DNA of 64,000 nucleotides from Asterias rubens (Eukaryota), in contig NC_047075.1 of assembly GCF_902459465.1 (NCBI RefSeq), positions 6,138,001 to 6,202,000 on the forward strand, read 5' to 3'. A program made the position numbers and the translations under genes. The notes beneath the pieces were generated by a model. It was given only the letters and a program-made list of their open reading frames with translations. It was not told the DNA's origin and ran no database searches. Positions within the stretch are counted from its first letter, which is position 1. Every line of letters starts with the position of its first letter. Below are positions 1 through 12,135 of the stretch, piece by piece.

Positions 1-220
1 TAATTATTTAACGCCCAGGTAGAGTGCACAATAAGAACACAGTATTAGGCAGTTTATCAATCAATTTTCAAGAACCACCTTTGTAAGTAGATCGATAGTG
101 TTTTAAGATAAGGAATAATGTAACCAAGCACCAGTATCTTAGAGTTCAATAGGTTCTGAAAATCTGCACCCGAGATTGTGGATGTAGTAGAGCTGCAGAG
201 TCGCATTGTTTAGTTCGTTG

Positions 221-322
221 CCGGTGTCGCATGCAATATTATGTCCTCTATGCAATATCCGGAGGACATTATTGCATACGCAATAATGTACTCCGGACGG
301 ACGGTTTTGCATATGACACCGG
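221..322. mobile_element. Small TIR element (MITE-like)
   Basis: Ends CCGGTGTCGCATGCAA ... TTGCATATGACACCGG are imperfect inverted repeats; no TSD recognised. Confidence 0.5.
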
Positions 323-1109
323 TACGGCATACTAATGTTAAAATTAATCATGATTGTTTTACTTTTTGAGAATCAAACTAAGACTGTTAGCTCAGAAATA
401 ATAGTTACACAGTGCATTAACAATTTTAGTAGTTAACTTGATATGTTACAAAAGTTAGCTTTTAAGTTATGAAACTTGTATTAATCCCAAGTGTGAGTGG
501 ATCGGGCTTAGTGGCAGTCAGTGTCCCTTTGTCACACCTACAACCACGGCTTGGGCACAAGGGGCTTCAAGCAGGGCCCGATTTCATAAAGCCTGATGCA
601 AGCACAAATTCATGCACAAACTATGTTCTAAGCACAGATAAATATTGCTTAGCAGAAACTCAGTGCCGGCCAAAAGTCCTTAGAGTTTACAATGTAACGA
701 CTGGTTTCCCACAAGTATATTTGTGCTTAGCAAAGAAATTTGCCAAGCAATAATTTCTGCTGAACCCCAAACTAATTCCTCATCATACATATGACAATCG
801 TGCATATTCGTTCAGGAAGGCAGTAGATAACAATTTAAGCATCTAAAAGAATAAATGTCAATGTGTGTGTCCCCCCCCCCCCCAACTTCTGAAGGGCGAG
901 AGCACTATATCAAATGTCCCCCTAGAAATTGGCCTAAGATTGCACTGCACCACAGAGCATCTGAAATGCAAAATTTGCCCGGGTCCCTAAGCGAGCCCGG
1001 ACCCAACGCTGTAAAGGCTTCTTACCCGAATACTTCAATGTTGACAGATTTACACATCCCCTTAAAAGACAAACCCATCCCAAGGCTAAAGTTTTGCACT
1101 TTGTAAGAC

Positions 1110-1140
1110 CCACAGACATAAAGAATCTTTATGTCTGTGG
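1110..1140. mobile_element. 31-bp perfect palindrome flanked by 6-bp direct repeat (minimal TIR element)
   Basis: TAAGAC|CCACAGACATAAAGA-A-TCTTTATGTCTGTGG|TAAGAC; direct repeats at 1104-1109 and 1141-1146. Confidence 0.7.
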
Positions 1141-1339
1141 TAAGACCAAACTCTGTGTCCCGTCACTGGCATCAATCCTGGGGAGGGGGATGTTCCCCCA
1201 GTTTTGTTAACGTGTAATATCCCTGTACTTATGGGATGTTTAAACCACGCCGTAAATGTTATGACTAACGATGTCCCCTCCCCCTCCTATCTTTCAAAAC
1301 AGAAGTTTAAGTTCATACAGCCTTGGGAAAGTGCTTTTG

Positions 1340-3130
1340 ATAGCGGATAAGGGACGTTGTGAAATATGTTAAACTAGTACGCCATTTTGTGGGGGTAAAA
1401 AATATACTTCAACAAAATAGCAGGTTGTTTAGAGGGTAAAAAGGACTACACAATATTTACAGGTATAATTGTGTTGATCATTTGTTTTTATTTTGAAACA
1501 TCTTTCAAACTATAATTCATAATAACAAGCACATTTTGAAGCAAAAAATGGCCAATCACTAGAAGTAATTCAACAAAAGTCAGGGCTCAGTACTCGTTAT
1601 AAAACCTTACTGATGAAAATTCATCACATCTCAAAATTCAACAATTTCAATCACAATCAAAGAGTTCATAACCCTTCTTTAAGAGACACTGTGCTTTTAG
1701 ATTTGGCACTTTGGGGACTATGAAAGCGTTTGATAAGACATCAATCTTTAAAAGTAGCATGTATACCTATTTCTACTAATGTGCCTCAAAACTGTGTGTT
1801 TTTCATTTAACTTAGTGAACTGAAATGGTCTGCTATTTTGTGGGATCCAAAATTTGTTTCAACAAAATGGCAGATCGTGTTAGTTCAATAGGGTAAAAGG
1901 AAAACCAAACAATTTCCAGGTGTATAATTATTTTTCAAATTTTGAAACATCTTTTCAACCATATCCATTTCAAAGCAAGCATTTTTTAAGTCAAACATAT
2001 CCAATGCAATATTAACGATATCCCTTTCGGCATGTGGGGTAATTCAACATGAACAAGTCGGGCTCAGTACTCATTATCAAACCTTGTTGAAAATTCATCA
2101 CATCTCACATTTCAATCACAATCACAATCATTGATTCCATGGAAAACCTTCTTAAAGAAACACATAATGCTTTTAGATGTGGCGCTTTGGACTATGGAAG
2201 CTTTTGTTATGACATGAACCTAGGGTCGTCGATTTCACAAAGCAATAAAATCCGTCGTAAGAAAATTGTTCAGTATCACCATAGTTATTTACATTGTTAC
2301 GTCACACTTTTAACTTACTAGTATTGATTTGCAAAATTTGTGAAATCGGCCCAAGTTAATGAACACATGCAGTTGTTTTTATTTTTTTTTTTTTTGGTTT
2401 ATTAAAAACATTGCAAAAGTCACAGTAGAAAAGTAGTGTATAATTATTTACACTGATGTGCCTCAAAACTGTGTTTCCTTTTACTTTGTGAACTAAAATG
2501 GTCTGACATTTTGTAGAGTAAAAAAAAAAATGGCAGTTAGTGTTAGTTCAAGAGGGTAATAGGGAAACCAAACAATTTTCAGGAACATTTGTGCGGTTCG
2601 TTGTTTTTTCTAATTTTGAAACATCTTTCCAACCACATCCATTTCATAGCAAAAGCACTTTCTAAAACAACAACAAAACGCAACTCAAAGCAACATGTCC
2701 CTTTAGGCATGTGAGGTAATTCAACATTATAATGACAGGCTTGGTAGGCCTACGCGCTATCAAACCTTGTTATTGAAAATTCATCTCATCTAAAATTTAC
2801 AACAATTTCAATGACAATCAACGATTTCATCAAAACCTTTTTTAGGGTTGAAAAGTGGCGTTTAATTATTTACACTAATGTGACTCAAAACTGTGAGGTT
2901 TTCTATTTACTTTGTGAACTAAAATGGTCCGCCATTTTGAGGAGTCAAGAGTTTGCTTCACCAAAATGGCAGACTGTGTTAGTTCAAGAAGATAAAAGTA
3001 GAACCAAACAATTTCCAGGTACATTTGTGTGGATCATTATTTTCTAAACTGGAAACATCTTTCCAACCATGCAGTATTCTTTTCTTAGCATTCAAGCACC
3101 TTCTAAAGCACCATCTAAAGCACAAAATAC
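1340..3130. repeat. Degenerate tandem array, ~4 units of ~430-450 bp derived from a dispersed repeat
   Basis: Anchor motifs recur in order (AAAATGGC..TGTTAGTTCAA..GGGTAA..AAACCAAACAATTT at ~1410/1865/2530/2962; AAACCTT..TGAAAATTCATC at ~1600/2078/2761; TGTGCCTCAAAACTGTG at ~1780/2455/2878); related sequence at ~45400-45690, ~60310-60480, ~62850-63000. Confidence 0.65.
2223..2352. mobile_element. MITE with GATTTCACAAA/TTTGTGAAATC termini (PIF/Harbinger-like)
   Basis: Terminal inverted repeats; same terminal motif as the elements at 3427 and 59336. Confidence 0.5.
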
Positions 3131-3160
3131 CCAATCCACAAGCAATCTGTCATATACACA

Positions 3161-3615
3161 TTAGAGGCACTGGACACTATTGGTAATTTTACTCAAAATA
3201 ATTGGTGAGCATAAAAAATCACTTGGTAACGAGCAATGGAGAGCTGTTGATAGTGTAATACAGTGTGAGAAGTTAGGTTTTGTGGTCACGATATGAAGCA
3301 TCTGAAAGTACACATTTTTGTGTGACAAGGGTGTTTTATCTCGCAACTTCAACGACCAATTGAGTGTACAAATTTTCAGGTTTGTTGTTTTGTGCATATG
3401 CTGAGATTTACCAAGTGAGAAGACTGCCATCGATTTCACAAAACTCTTCCTAACTTAAGACTAATCTTAGGACTTAGGACGAGTCCCAACTGTAATATGC
3501 GGACCTTAAGATTAATCCTTAGTACTCGTCCTAACTCGAGATAAGATGAGGCCTAACTCTTTGTTAAATCGACTCCTGGTCTTTGGCAATTACCAAAGGT
3601 GTCCAGTGCCTTTTA
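3161..3615. mobile_element. TTAA-type (Kolobok-like) non-autonomous element with nested insertion
   Basis: Ends AGGCACTGGACACTATTGGTAATT ... AATTACCAAAGGTGTCCAGTGCCT; interrupted by the 3427-3575 element. Confidence 0.7.
3427..3575. mobile_element. MITE inserted at CTG (3-bp TSD) inside the TTAA-type element
   Basis: GACTG|CCATCGATTTCACAAA...TTTGTTAAATCGACTC|CTGGTC; removing it restores GAGAAGACTGGTCTTTG seen in other family copies. Confidence 0.65.
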
Positions 3616-4652
3616 GCATGCGAGGCAATTCAAGATTGGGCACTTTGGGCTATGAAAGTGTTCGCTTGAGTGAAGTGTCGCGAATCTGACATAGACTTGC
3701 ATGGTGGCCTCATCCTCAAGTTGTAGCAGTGGGGCACATTCCTGGAGTTGCACACCCTCGCCTTTTCTCTTTCAGTCTCTTCCGTAGTGGAGGCAATCCA
3801 TTGCCAGCTTTGTCGTGAATTTGTGAGCCATCTTGAAGATGTTCTCAAAGTACTGCAAGAGTAATAATTTCAAAAAAAAACAAATTAATAGCGAAGAGAA
3901 ATATAAAACAAAAAGGTAACAAAAGGGCAAAAGGTCTGGAATCCTGAGCTACATGTACACAATAACCCCCGCGAAAAGGGAGATTTCTAACCTGAATTCC
4001 AGTACATTTGGTTCCTATTTGTATAAGGGGATCGAAGCATAGCTGGTTAGGTGCCTGCCTGTGTATACAGCACAACAGATTTTCTGGATCAAAGTAGACC
4101 ACATCAATCGGTCAACTGACCACACACAAAAAGTATACTCTGAAGTTATTCTAGTCGTTTGTAAGTTTTCACCATAAGCCAGTTTGAATAGATTTAGACC
4201 TTGCATACATCATCCAACATGTGGTTAAAATAATGGGGATGAAGTGTCCACCTGTTTTTTGACTACCCTTGACAAACATTTTAAAACACTAAAGATTCAG
4301 AAAAATTTCTCTGACAGGAGACTATAGAATTTCCCTTTAAAGTGGAACACATAATCCGCATGTGACATTAGAGCAAAAGGTCAATGGTTTACTTTGAGTC
4401 TTGTATGAGCCTTCTCCTTGAACTATCTCTACTTATATCAAAGAACTCTTCACTGAATGCTAGGATCAATTTCATTGCCCTTGCCCAATTCTAGCATGTC
4501 TAGGGCCAATTTGGTGCCAAGTTGGTGTAGTTTAAGTGTAGTCAACTGCAGAGATTGGTGTACGCTAAAACTACACCAGAGCTCCTTTGAACAACATAGG
4601 AGTACTGTTAGTTTTGGGTGTACCTTGACTTATGTTCATTTAAACCATCAAC

Positions 4653-4820
4653 TGAAAAGCACTGGACGCTATTGGTAATTACTGAAAATAATTGTTAGCA
4701 TACTAGGTCGCAAGCAATTTCAAAAACCAACTGAGTTCAAATTTTCACAAGCTTGGTATTTTATGGTATGTTGAGATCCCCTAATCTTTGACAATTACCA
4801 AAGGTGTCCAGTGCTTTTAA
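4653..4820. mobile_element. TTAA-type MITE, internally deleted copy
   Basis: AGCACTGGACGCTATTGGTAATT ... AATTACCAAAGGTGTCCAGTGCTTTTAA. Confidence 0.65.
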
Positions 4821-5904
4821 AGCTAATGACATGATATGTCTTAGTTTTACTAGAAACCTGGAGGTCATGTGGTAGTCGTTTGCCATGTAATAGTCGCCAT
4901 GTAATAGTCGACTATTACATGGTGCGCGCAGTATCTAGACATCTTTTTAACTCACCTCGAACCAAATCAGTTACGCATCTGTGTATCCGAAATGCGCGTA
5001 CGAATTTACATGTTTCAGGATGTTATACAACAAATATTGACTGCTTTTACTCATGCTATTGCAGACTAAAACTCTGACTCCCTTGTTGATCCCGGACCGT
5101 TCCATTTTCCTTAAGCTGCACCTCATTTAAGATTGAGGTGTTATAAAACACATATTGACTGGGATCATTCTGTAACTAGTGTACGTATATTCCCCTTCAG
5201 GCCTGTGAGTGACCATAACAGGGACCTGTTTGCCTCAGCCTTCGGCCTCAAGAAATAGGCCCCTCTTCTGGTCACTCAAAGTCCCTTGGGCGGAATAGAC
5301 GTACCTCATTGCCAGATCTTCTCGGGAGTCGTAGTTTCCACCATAGTACTCGAAGCAGTCAATATTTGTATAATAATGTTTGTCAGACAAGAAAAACAAT
5401 CTAGTGGCTACTTACAGCAAGCTGTTGCAGGAGTGTGTCTACACCTTCCAACTCACTGAGTAACAGTTTTCTGAGATAATCCAACAACAGATCTAAAAGC
5501 AAAAACAAAAAAGACTGGTTTAATTTTTTGTCCACCGTATTTTACTTTTTTAAATGCTGCTCTCCCAATTACTGTTTGTCTGTTTAACCCTAATAATATT
5601 TGTAATAATGTATTAAAATAATATACATTCATATATATTTTTAATTCTTTTGTGAACCTATTTCCCTTAGTCTTAAACTTTTGCCTTTGTGATTTATTTT
5701 TATAAAATAAGCCAATACTGAATTTGAACAAGGTGTACAGCAGGCCTGATACTTCATGGAGGTAAAAAATAAAGCAGCCTCGTTACCCTGGGCAGCAGGC
5801 AACATCAATATCTCTTTATCTTTTTGTATCCTAACCACTGAAAATCAATACTGAAAATATCTTCATACCTATGCTTTCTAGGGGTATCTTTTGATGAAAC
5901 AAGT

Positions 5905-6232
5905 TTAAAGGCAGTGGACACTATTGGTAATTACTCAAAATAATTATTTGCATAAAACCTGTCTTGGTGACGAGTAATGGGGAGAGGTTGATATTGTGAG
6001 AAATGGCTCCATCTGGAGTGATGTAGTTTTAGAGAAAGAAGTCTCGCAATCAACCATCTAAACGCACACAAATTTGTGTGACAAGGGTGTTTTTTCTTTC
6101 ATTATTATCTTGCAACTTCGATGACCGATTGAGCTCAAATTTTCGCAGGTTTGTTATTTTATGCATATGTTGAGATACACCAAGTGAGAAAACTGGTCTT
6201 TGACAACTACCAATAGTGTACACTGCCTTTAA
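5905..6232. mobile_element. TTAA-type (Kolobok-like) MITE
   Basis: TTAA|AGGCAGTGGACACTATTGGTA ... TACCAATAGTGTACACTGCCT|TTAA: TIRs plus TTAA on both sides. Confidence 0.8.
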
Positions 6233-6649
6233 CAAATTTACTGCTGTGTGGGCACGCTTGTTAAAACACATTCATAAATACCTCAGACAGTTTCGCTATT
6301 CCTATTGGTGGAGTGCGCGTCACGTGGGGGTGTTTAAACCTTTGTTTATAACCGGTTGTAAGCGGAGACTCCACGCTAGTCTTGATGCAAGACGTTTCTT
6401 GTTATGGGCGACGCAGGTGCTGTCGGCGAGTGAATGAAAAACCAGCGAATATGCACCAAGACTATACGCGCTTGCGCACGAACGGAACCGGAAAACACAT
6501 GCGTACAGACATCGTACATGTACATGTAACATGTATACTGAACATACCATGGAGGTTGAAACATACAGAGCTCAAGCACTCGGAAATGGTTAAGTTTTAC
6601 AGAGTTTCTTACTTTAATACGCCTTTTAACCAAAAACGTATTTTTAAAT

Positions 6650-6827
6650 GGGAATAATAGGGTAGCTACTATAGTTCTTTCACGGTCGTTTGAAACCTTG
6701 CATGGTCGAATTGCCGTTTGATAAAGGCCCTTGCCTTCGGCTCGGGCCTTTATCTTACACGGCAATTCGACCATGCCACAGTGTTTTAAACGAATGTGAA
6801 AGAACTAGTAGCTACCCTTTTATTCCC
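6650..6827. mobile_element. Hairpin MITE (nested inverted repeats)
   Basis: GGGAATAATAGGGTAGCTACT/AGTAGCTACCCTTTTATTCCC; GCATGGTCGAATTGCCGT/ACGGCAATTCGACCATGC; GATAAAGGCCC/GGGCCTTTATC. Confidence 0.7.
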
Positions 6828-7203
6828 TTATTTATGCCCTCAATACACAGGTGTACAAAATTTTGTATTTTTACGCAATACATTTCAAATGAGTCATGCT
6901 TTTATATGATCTCCCTCAAATCAAATAACAATGAGAGGGGCACAACATTAGATCTATGACTTGATCTTTTGACAGTGGGCTCTGATGCATGTAGTCTTCA
7001 ACACTGAATGGATCAATCACAGGACTAATTAAAATATGAAAACAGGATATTTGAAAGTCACTCTTCATGGGGTGCATTTTGGCTGCTGTAACCAATAACT
7101 GTTTCGGTCATCAACTCAGCTAAAATTGTTATTGGTTACAACCTCCAAAACGCATCCCTGCGGTTATAATAAAGCAAGGCATTATGGGAAAGAAAAATCT
7201 GCA

Positions 7204-8922
7204 CCATGAAACTAAACACCACTGGGGACGACTTTGGTAATGAAGGCCACCATTGGCCTTGTCCATGAAACTAAACACCACTGGGGACGACTTTAGTAAT
7301 GAAGGCCACCATTGGCCTTGTCCATGAAACTAAACACCACTGGGGACGACTTTGGTAATGAAGGCCACCATTGGCCTTGTCCATGAAACTAAACACCACT
7401 GGGGACGACTTTAGTAATGAAGGCCACCATTGGCCTTGTCCATGAAACTAAACACCACTGGGGACGACTTTGGTAATGAAGGCCACCATTGGCCTTGTCC
7501 ATGAAACTAAACACCACTGGGGACGACTTTGGTAATGAAGGCCACCATTGGCCTTGTCCATGAAACTAAACACCACTGGGGACGACTTTGGTAATGAAGG
7601 CCACCATTGGCCTTGTCCATGAAACTAAACACCACTGGGGACGACTTTAGTAATGAAGGCCACCATTGGCCTTGTCCATGAAACTAAACACCACTGGGGA
7701 TGACTTTGGTAATGAAGGCCACCATTGGCCTTGTCCATGAAACTAAACACCACTGGGGACGACTTTAGTAATGAAGGCCACCATTGGCCTTGTCCATGAA
7801 ACTAAACACCACTGGGGACGACTTTGGTAATGAAGGCCACCATTGGCCTTGTCCATGAAACTAAACACCACTGGGGACGACTTTAGTAATGAAGGCCACC
7901 ATTGGCCTTGTCCATGAAACTAAACACCACTGGGGACGACTTTAGTAATGAAGGCCACCATTGGCCTTGTCCATGAAACTAAACACCACTGGGGACGACT
8001 TTGGTAATGAAGGCCACCATTGGCCTTGTCCATGAAACTAAACACCACTGGGGACGACTTTAGTAATGAAGGCCACCATTGGCCTTGTCCATGAAACTAA
8101 ACACCACTGGGGACGACTTTGGTAATGAAGGCCACCATTGGCCTTGTCCATGAAACTAAACACCACTGGGGACGACTTTAGTAATGAAGGCCACCATTGG
8201 CCTTGTCCATGAAACTAAACACCACTGGGGACGACTTTGGTAATGAAGGCCACCATTGGCCTTGTCCATGAAACTAAACACCACTGGGGACGACTTTAGT
8301 AATGAAGGCCACCATTGGCCTTGTCCATGAAACTAAACACCACTGGGGACGACTTTGGTAATGAAGGCCACCATTGGCCTTGTCCATGAAACTAAACACC
8401 ACTGGGGACGACTTTAGTAATGAAGGCCACCATTGGCCTTGTCCATGAAACTAAACACCACTGGGGACGACTTTGGTAATGAAGGCCACCATTGGCCTTG
8501 TCCATGAAACTAAACACCACTGGGAACGACTTTGGTAATGAAGGCCACCATTGGCCTTGTCCATGAAACTAAACACCACTGGGGACGACTTTAGTAATGA
8601 AGGCCACCATTGGCCTTGTCCATGAAACTAAACACCACTGGGGACGACTTTGGTAATGAAGGCCACCATTGGCCTTGTCCATGAAACTAAACACCACTGG
8701 GGACGACTTTGGTAATGAAGGCCACCATTGGCCTTGTCCATGAAACTAAACACCACTGGGGACGACTTTGGTAATGAAGGCCACCATTGGCCTTGTCCAT
8801 GAAACTAAACACCACTGGGGACGACTTTAGTAATGAAGGCCACCATTGGCCTTGTCCATGAAACTAAACACCACTGGGGACGACTTTAGTAATGAAGGCC
8901 ACCATTGGCCTTGTCCATGAAA
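7204..8922. repeat. 59-bp tandem satellite, 29 copies
   Basis: Unit CCATGAAACTAAACACCACTGGGGACGACTTT(G/A)GTAATGAAGGCCACCATTGGCCTTGT; near-identical copies, no spacers. Confidence 0.97.
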
Positions 8923-9701
8923 TATGCTGCATGCATATCTTCGTACACTCTTGGTTGGCAAATGCCATAAAGTTGTGCACTATAGGCAGACGCAAAAAAC
9001 TTGGCCATTTAAACACTAGCCACAACAAAATCACTAATGTCGAGTTAAAACCAATGGTTCTTGTCAGAACCACCCCAACTCATTAGAGAAAGTCAATAAA
9101 TGGCGTTACTGCAAACCTTTCCATATCTTAATTCTACCATGAAAAGTTTCAAATCCTACTCAAATACATAAGTTCAGTAAAACTTTTGTATAAAGCAGAA
9201 CTGCTGTGTTTAGCTTATTTTAGAGATAGAATAACAACAAAATTGACTGCAAAACTGTACCTGCCTTGTGTGTATTGCAGGACGATGGCAAAGATTTCAC
9301 TACAGTCAAGCTTTGATGGTACTTTGTGGACTTGAGTCTCTTCAGCCTTGCTGGGCTGCCTCCCTGTTCAACCTCCCGCACATCTCAGATTGTCACAATT
9401 CTGAACAATTCCTACAAGTAAAAGAATGAATTGGAAAATGAGCAACGAAAACTTTACCCAGTCAGTGTTTCTTGAGGTTTAATACTTGATTTATAAGTAC
9501 AATAAAGAGTATAAAACATGATAAAGCACCTTGTTATCAATAATAATAATAATAACTAAATAATTGATGTACAACAAATTCCTATATAAATTGCTCTAAA
9601 CAATAAAGTATTAATAAAAAACAAGCAAATGTACTATAAAAACCATACCCTTACACACATTAAAATGAATAAAGGTAACACTATTAGCAACAAAAACTAC
9701 T

Positions 9702-10047
9702 TTAAAGGCACTGAACACGTATTCACACTTGGTTGATCCCAACATAAAACAACAAACCTGTGAATTCACAGGTTTGTTGAGGTTCAATTGGTTATTGAAG
9801 TTGCAAGAAAATAATGAAAGAAAGAAAAAAAAAACACCCTTGGTGCACAGCCTTTTATTATTTGAGTGAGATTTCACAAATTAACTCTTTCTCAAAATGT
9901 ATACTTCAGAGGGTGCCGTTTAATACTATCAACATATCTCCGTTACTGTTTCCAACAATGTTTTATACTATCAACATCTCTCTATTGCTCATCACCAAGT
10001 AAGTTTAATGCTAACCATTATTTACAAATACTGTCCAGTGCCTTTAA
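9702..10047. mobile_element. TTAA-type MITE, diverged copy
   Basis: TTAAAGGCACTGAACAC ... TGTCCAGTGCCTTTAA; family-typical interior. Confidence 0.7.
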
Positions 10048-10308
10048 AAAATAAAATTTAAAATTACAATTAAATTACAGCAATCAACAAAACCATTTTG
10101 TGAGTCACTGTGCAACTATGGATTCCTCCATGATTGCTGTGCAGTGCTGTTACCAAAAACGCAAATGCAGCCATCAGTAGACTTGTGACATTGATGCAGT
10201 GGGTCAGACTTATTATTATTGTACAGATTCATGCAGCAATTAAGCTATACTGAGTGGTCCTTTCATACTGGAGTTTATTCGCAAATCTGACTGATAGAAA
10301 TTTTAAGG

Positions 10309-10643
10309 TTAAAGGCATTGGACACAGTTAGTTGTTGCCAAAGGCCAGTATTCTCACTCGGTGCAAAACATATGAATAGAATAACAAACCTGTACAAATT
10401 TGTGACTCAATTGATCAAAGTTGCAAGAGAAAAGAAAACAAACCTTGTTGCACACATGATGTGCTTTCAGGTGCATAAACAAATACTTCAGCTGAAGTAT
10501 TTTGATATTTGAGTGAGAAATTACCTCTTTTTTTCTTAAAAACTGAGTTACTTTTTAATTGAGGGAGCTATCTCCTAGGAAGTTTTTATGCTAAACATTT
10601 TTTTTTTTTTTAAGTAATTACCAATAGTGTCCAGTGCCTTTAA
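10309..10643. mobile_element. TTAA-type MITE, diverged copy
   Basis: TTAAAGGCATTGGACAC ... AATTACCAATAGTGTCCAGTGCCTTTAA. Confidence 0.7.
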
Positions 10644-11049
10644 AGCAGGATAAAAACACACGAAGACCAATATGGATGGTTACCTAAACCTTACACTGAA
10701 TCTGTTTTGGAACCTCTACTTATACATGTACAAAGAAAACCCAGTGAAGACTTACCCAAGTAAACAAAAACTAAACAAAATTACAGACAGCTTAAAATAA
10801 AACTGCCTTCAACTACTTTAATCCACTACGCAAACTCATTGTTGTCCCAAACAATGTAAACCAACATAAACAGACAATAAATTAAAATTACAGCAAAAAT
10901 TAAACAGTAAAACAATATTACAACAATCAAGCCAAAAAAGAACTATATCGTGCCATGCGTATAATATCCCGGAACCCTCAATAAAACATGTGATTTGGAA
11001 ATTGTGTAGACCTTGCCATAATCATCAACTTTTCCTGCTAGAGGAAGAG

Positions 11050-12080
11050 ATAGACATTTCTGTGGTTGACAGAGGAAACCATAGAATAAAGACATTTCTT
11101 TATTTGATAGAGGAAGCCAAAGAGTGAAGATATTTATGTGGTTGGCAGATCAACCAACGAGCGAGACATTTTTCTGGTTGACGGCTCAACCAAAGAGTGA
11201 AACATTTCTGTGGTTGACGGCTCAACCAAAGAGCGAGACATTTCTCTGGTTTACGGCCCAACCAAAGAACGAGACAGTTATGTGGTTGACGGCTCAACCA
11301 AAGAGCGAGACATTTTTCTGGTTGACAGCTCAACCAAAAAGCGAAACATTTCTCTGGTTGACGGTTCAACCATAGAGCGAGACATTTCTGTGGTTGACGG
11401 CTCAACCAAAGAGCGAGACATTTCTCTGGTTGCAGCTCAACCAAAGAGTGAGACACTTCTGTGGTTGACTTCTGTGGTTGACAGCTCAACCAACGAGCAA
11501 GACATTTATGTGGTTGACGGCTCAACCAACAAGCGAGTTATTTTTCTGGTTGACGGCACAACCATACAGAGCAAGACATTTCTGTGGTTGGCAGCGCAAC
11601 CAAAGAGCGAGTCATTTCTGTGGTTGACGGCTCAACCAAAGAGCGAGACATTTCTCTGGTTTACGGCCCAACCAAAGAACGAGACAGTTATGTGGTTGAC
11701 GGCTCAACCAACGAGCAAGACATTTCTCTGGTTGACGGTTCAACCAAAGAGCACGACATTTCTCTGATTGACGACAAAACCAAAGAACGAAACATTTTTC
11801 TGGTTGACAGCTCAACCAAAGAGCGAGACATTTTTCTGGTTGACGGCTAAACCAAAGAGCACGACATTTCTCTGGTTGACGGCTAAACCAAAGAGGAAGA
11901 CATTTCTGTGGTTGACGGCTCAACCAAAGAGGAAGACATTTTACGAGACCTTTCTGTAGTTGGCAGTGCAACCAAAGAGCAAGACATTTCTATGGTTGAC
12001 GGCACTAGCAAAGAGTGAGACTTTTCTGTAATTGGCAGCGGTACCAAAGAGCGAGACTTTCCTGCGATTGACAGCACAAC
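11050..12080. repeat. 36-bp minisatellite array (unit 1)
   Basis: Consensus TCTGTGGTTGACGGCTCAACCAAAGAGCGAGACATT; degenerate edges; produces the repetitive VDGSTKERDISL / WLTAQPKSETFL ORFs. Confidence 0.9.
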
Positions 12081-12135
12081 CAAAGATATAGACATTGACT
12101 TTATGATGTTCACAAAGCGGCTTTATTTGGTGGCG

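Larger units (their letters stand above)
3613..9411 (-). pseudogene. 3' part of an uncharacterised multi-exon gene; exons 9411-9261, 5837-5787, 5492-5416, 3852-3613, with two in-frame TGA
   Basis: All four exons have AG/GT boundaries and matching phases (0-1, 1-1, 1-0, 0-), giving ELFRIVTI*DVREVEQGG...THKA/VVRIQKDKEILMLPAAQ/DLLLDYLRKLLLSELEGVDTLLQQLA/YFENIFKMAHKFTTKLAMDCLHYGRD*KRKGEGVQLQECAPLLQLEDEATMQVYVRFATL...; protein family not recognised. Confidence 0.6.

Noticed and set aside
3613-3774. SECIS element downstream of the TGA-containing exons
   Set aside because: An ATGA...AA...GA pattern near 3690-3720 (minus) does not form the required helix II on manual pairing
7204-8922. CRISPR array interpretation of the 59-bp repeat
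   Set aside because: Units are contiguous with no unique spacers, there are no cas genes, and the context is eukaryotic
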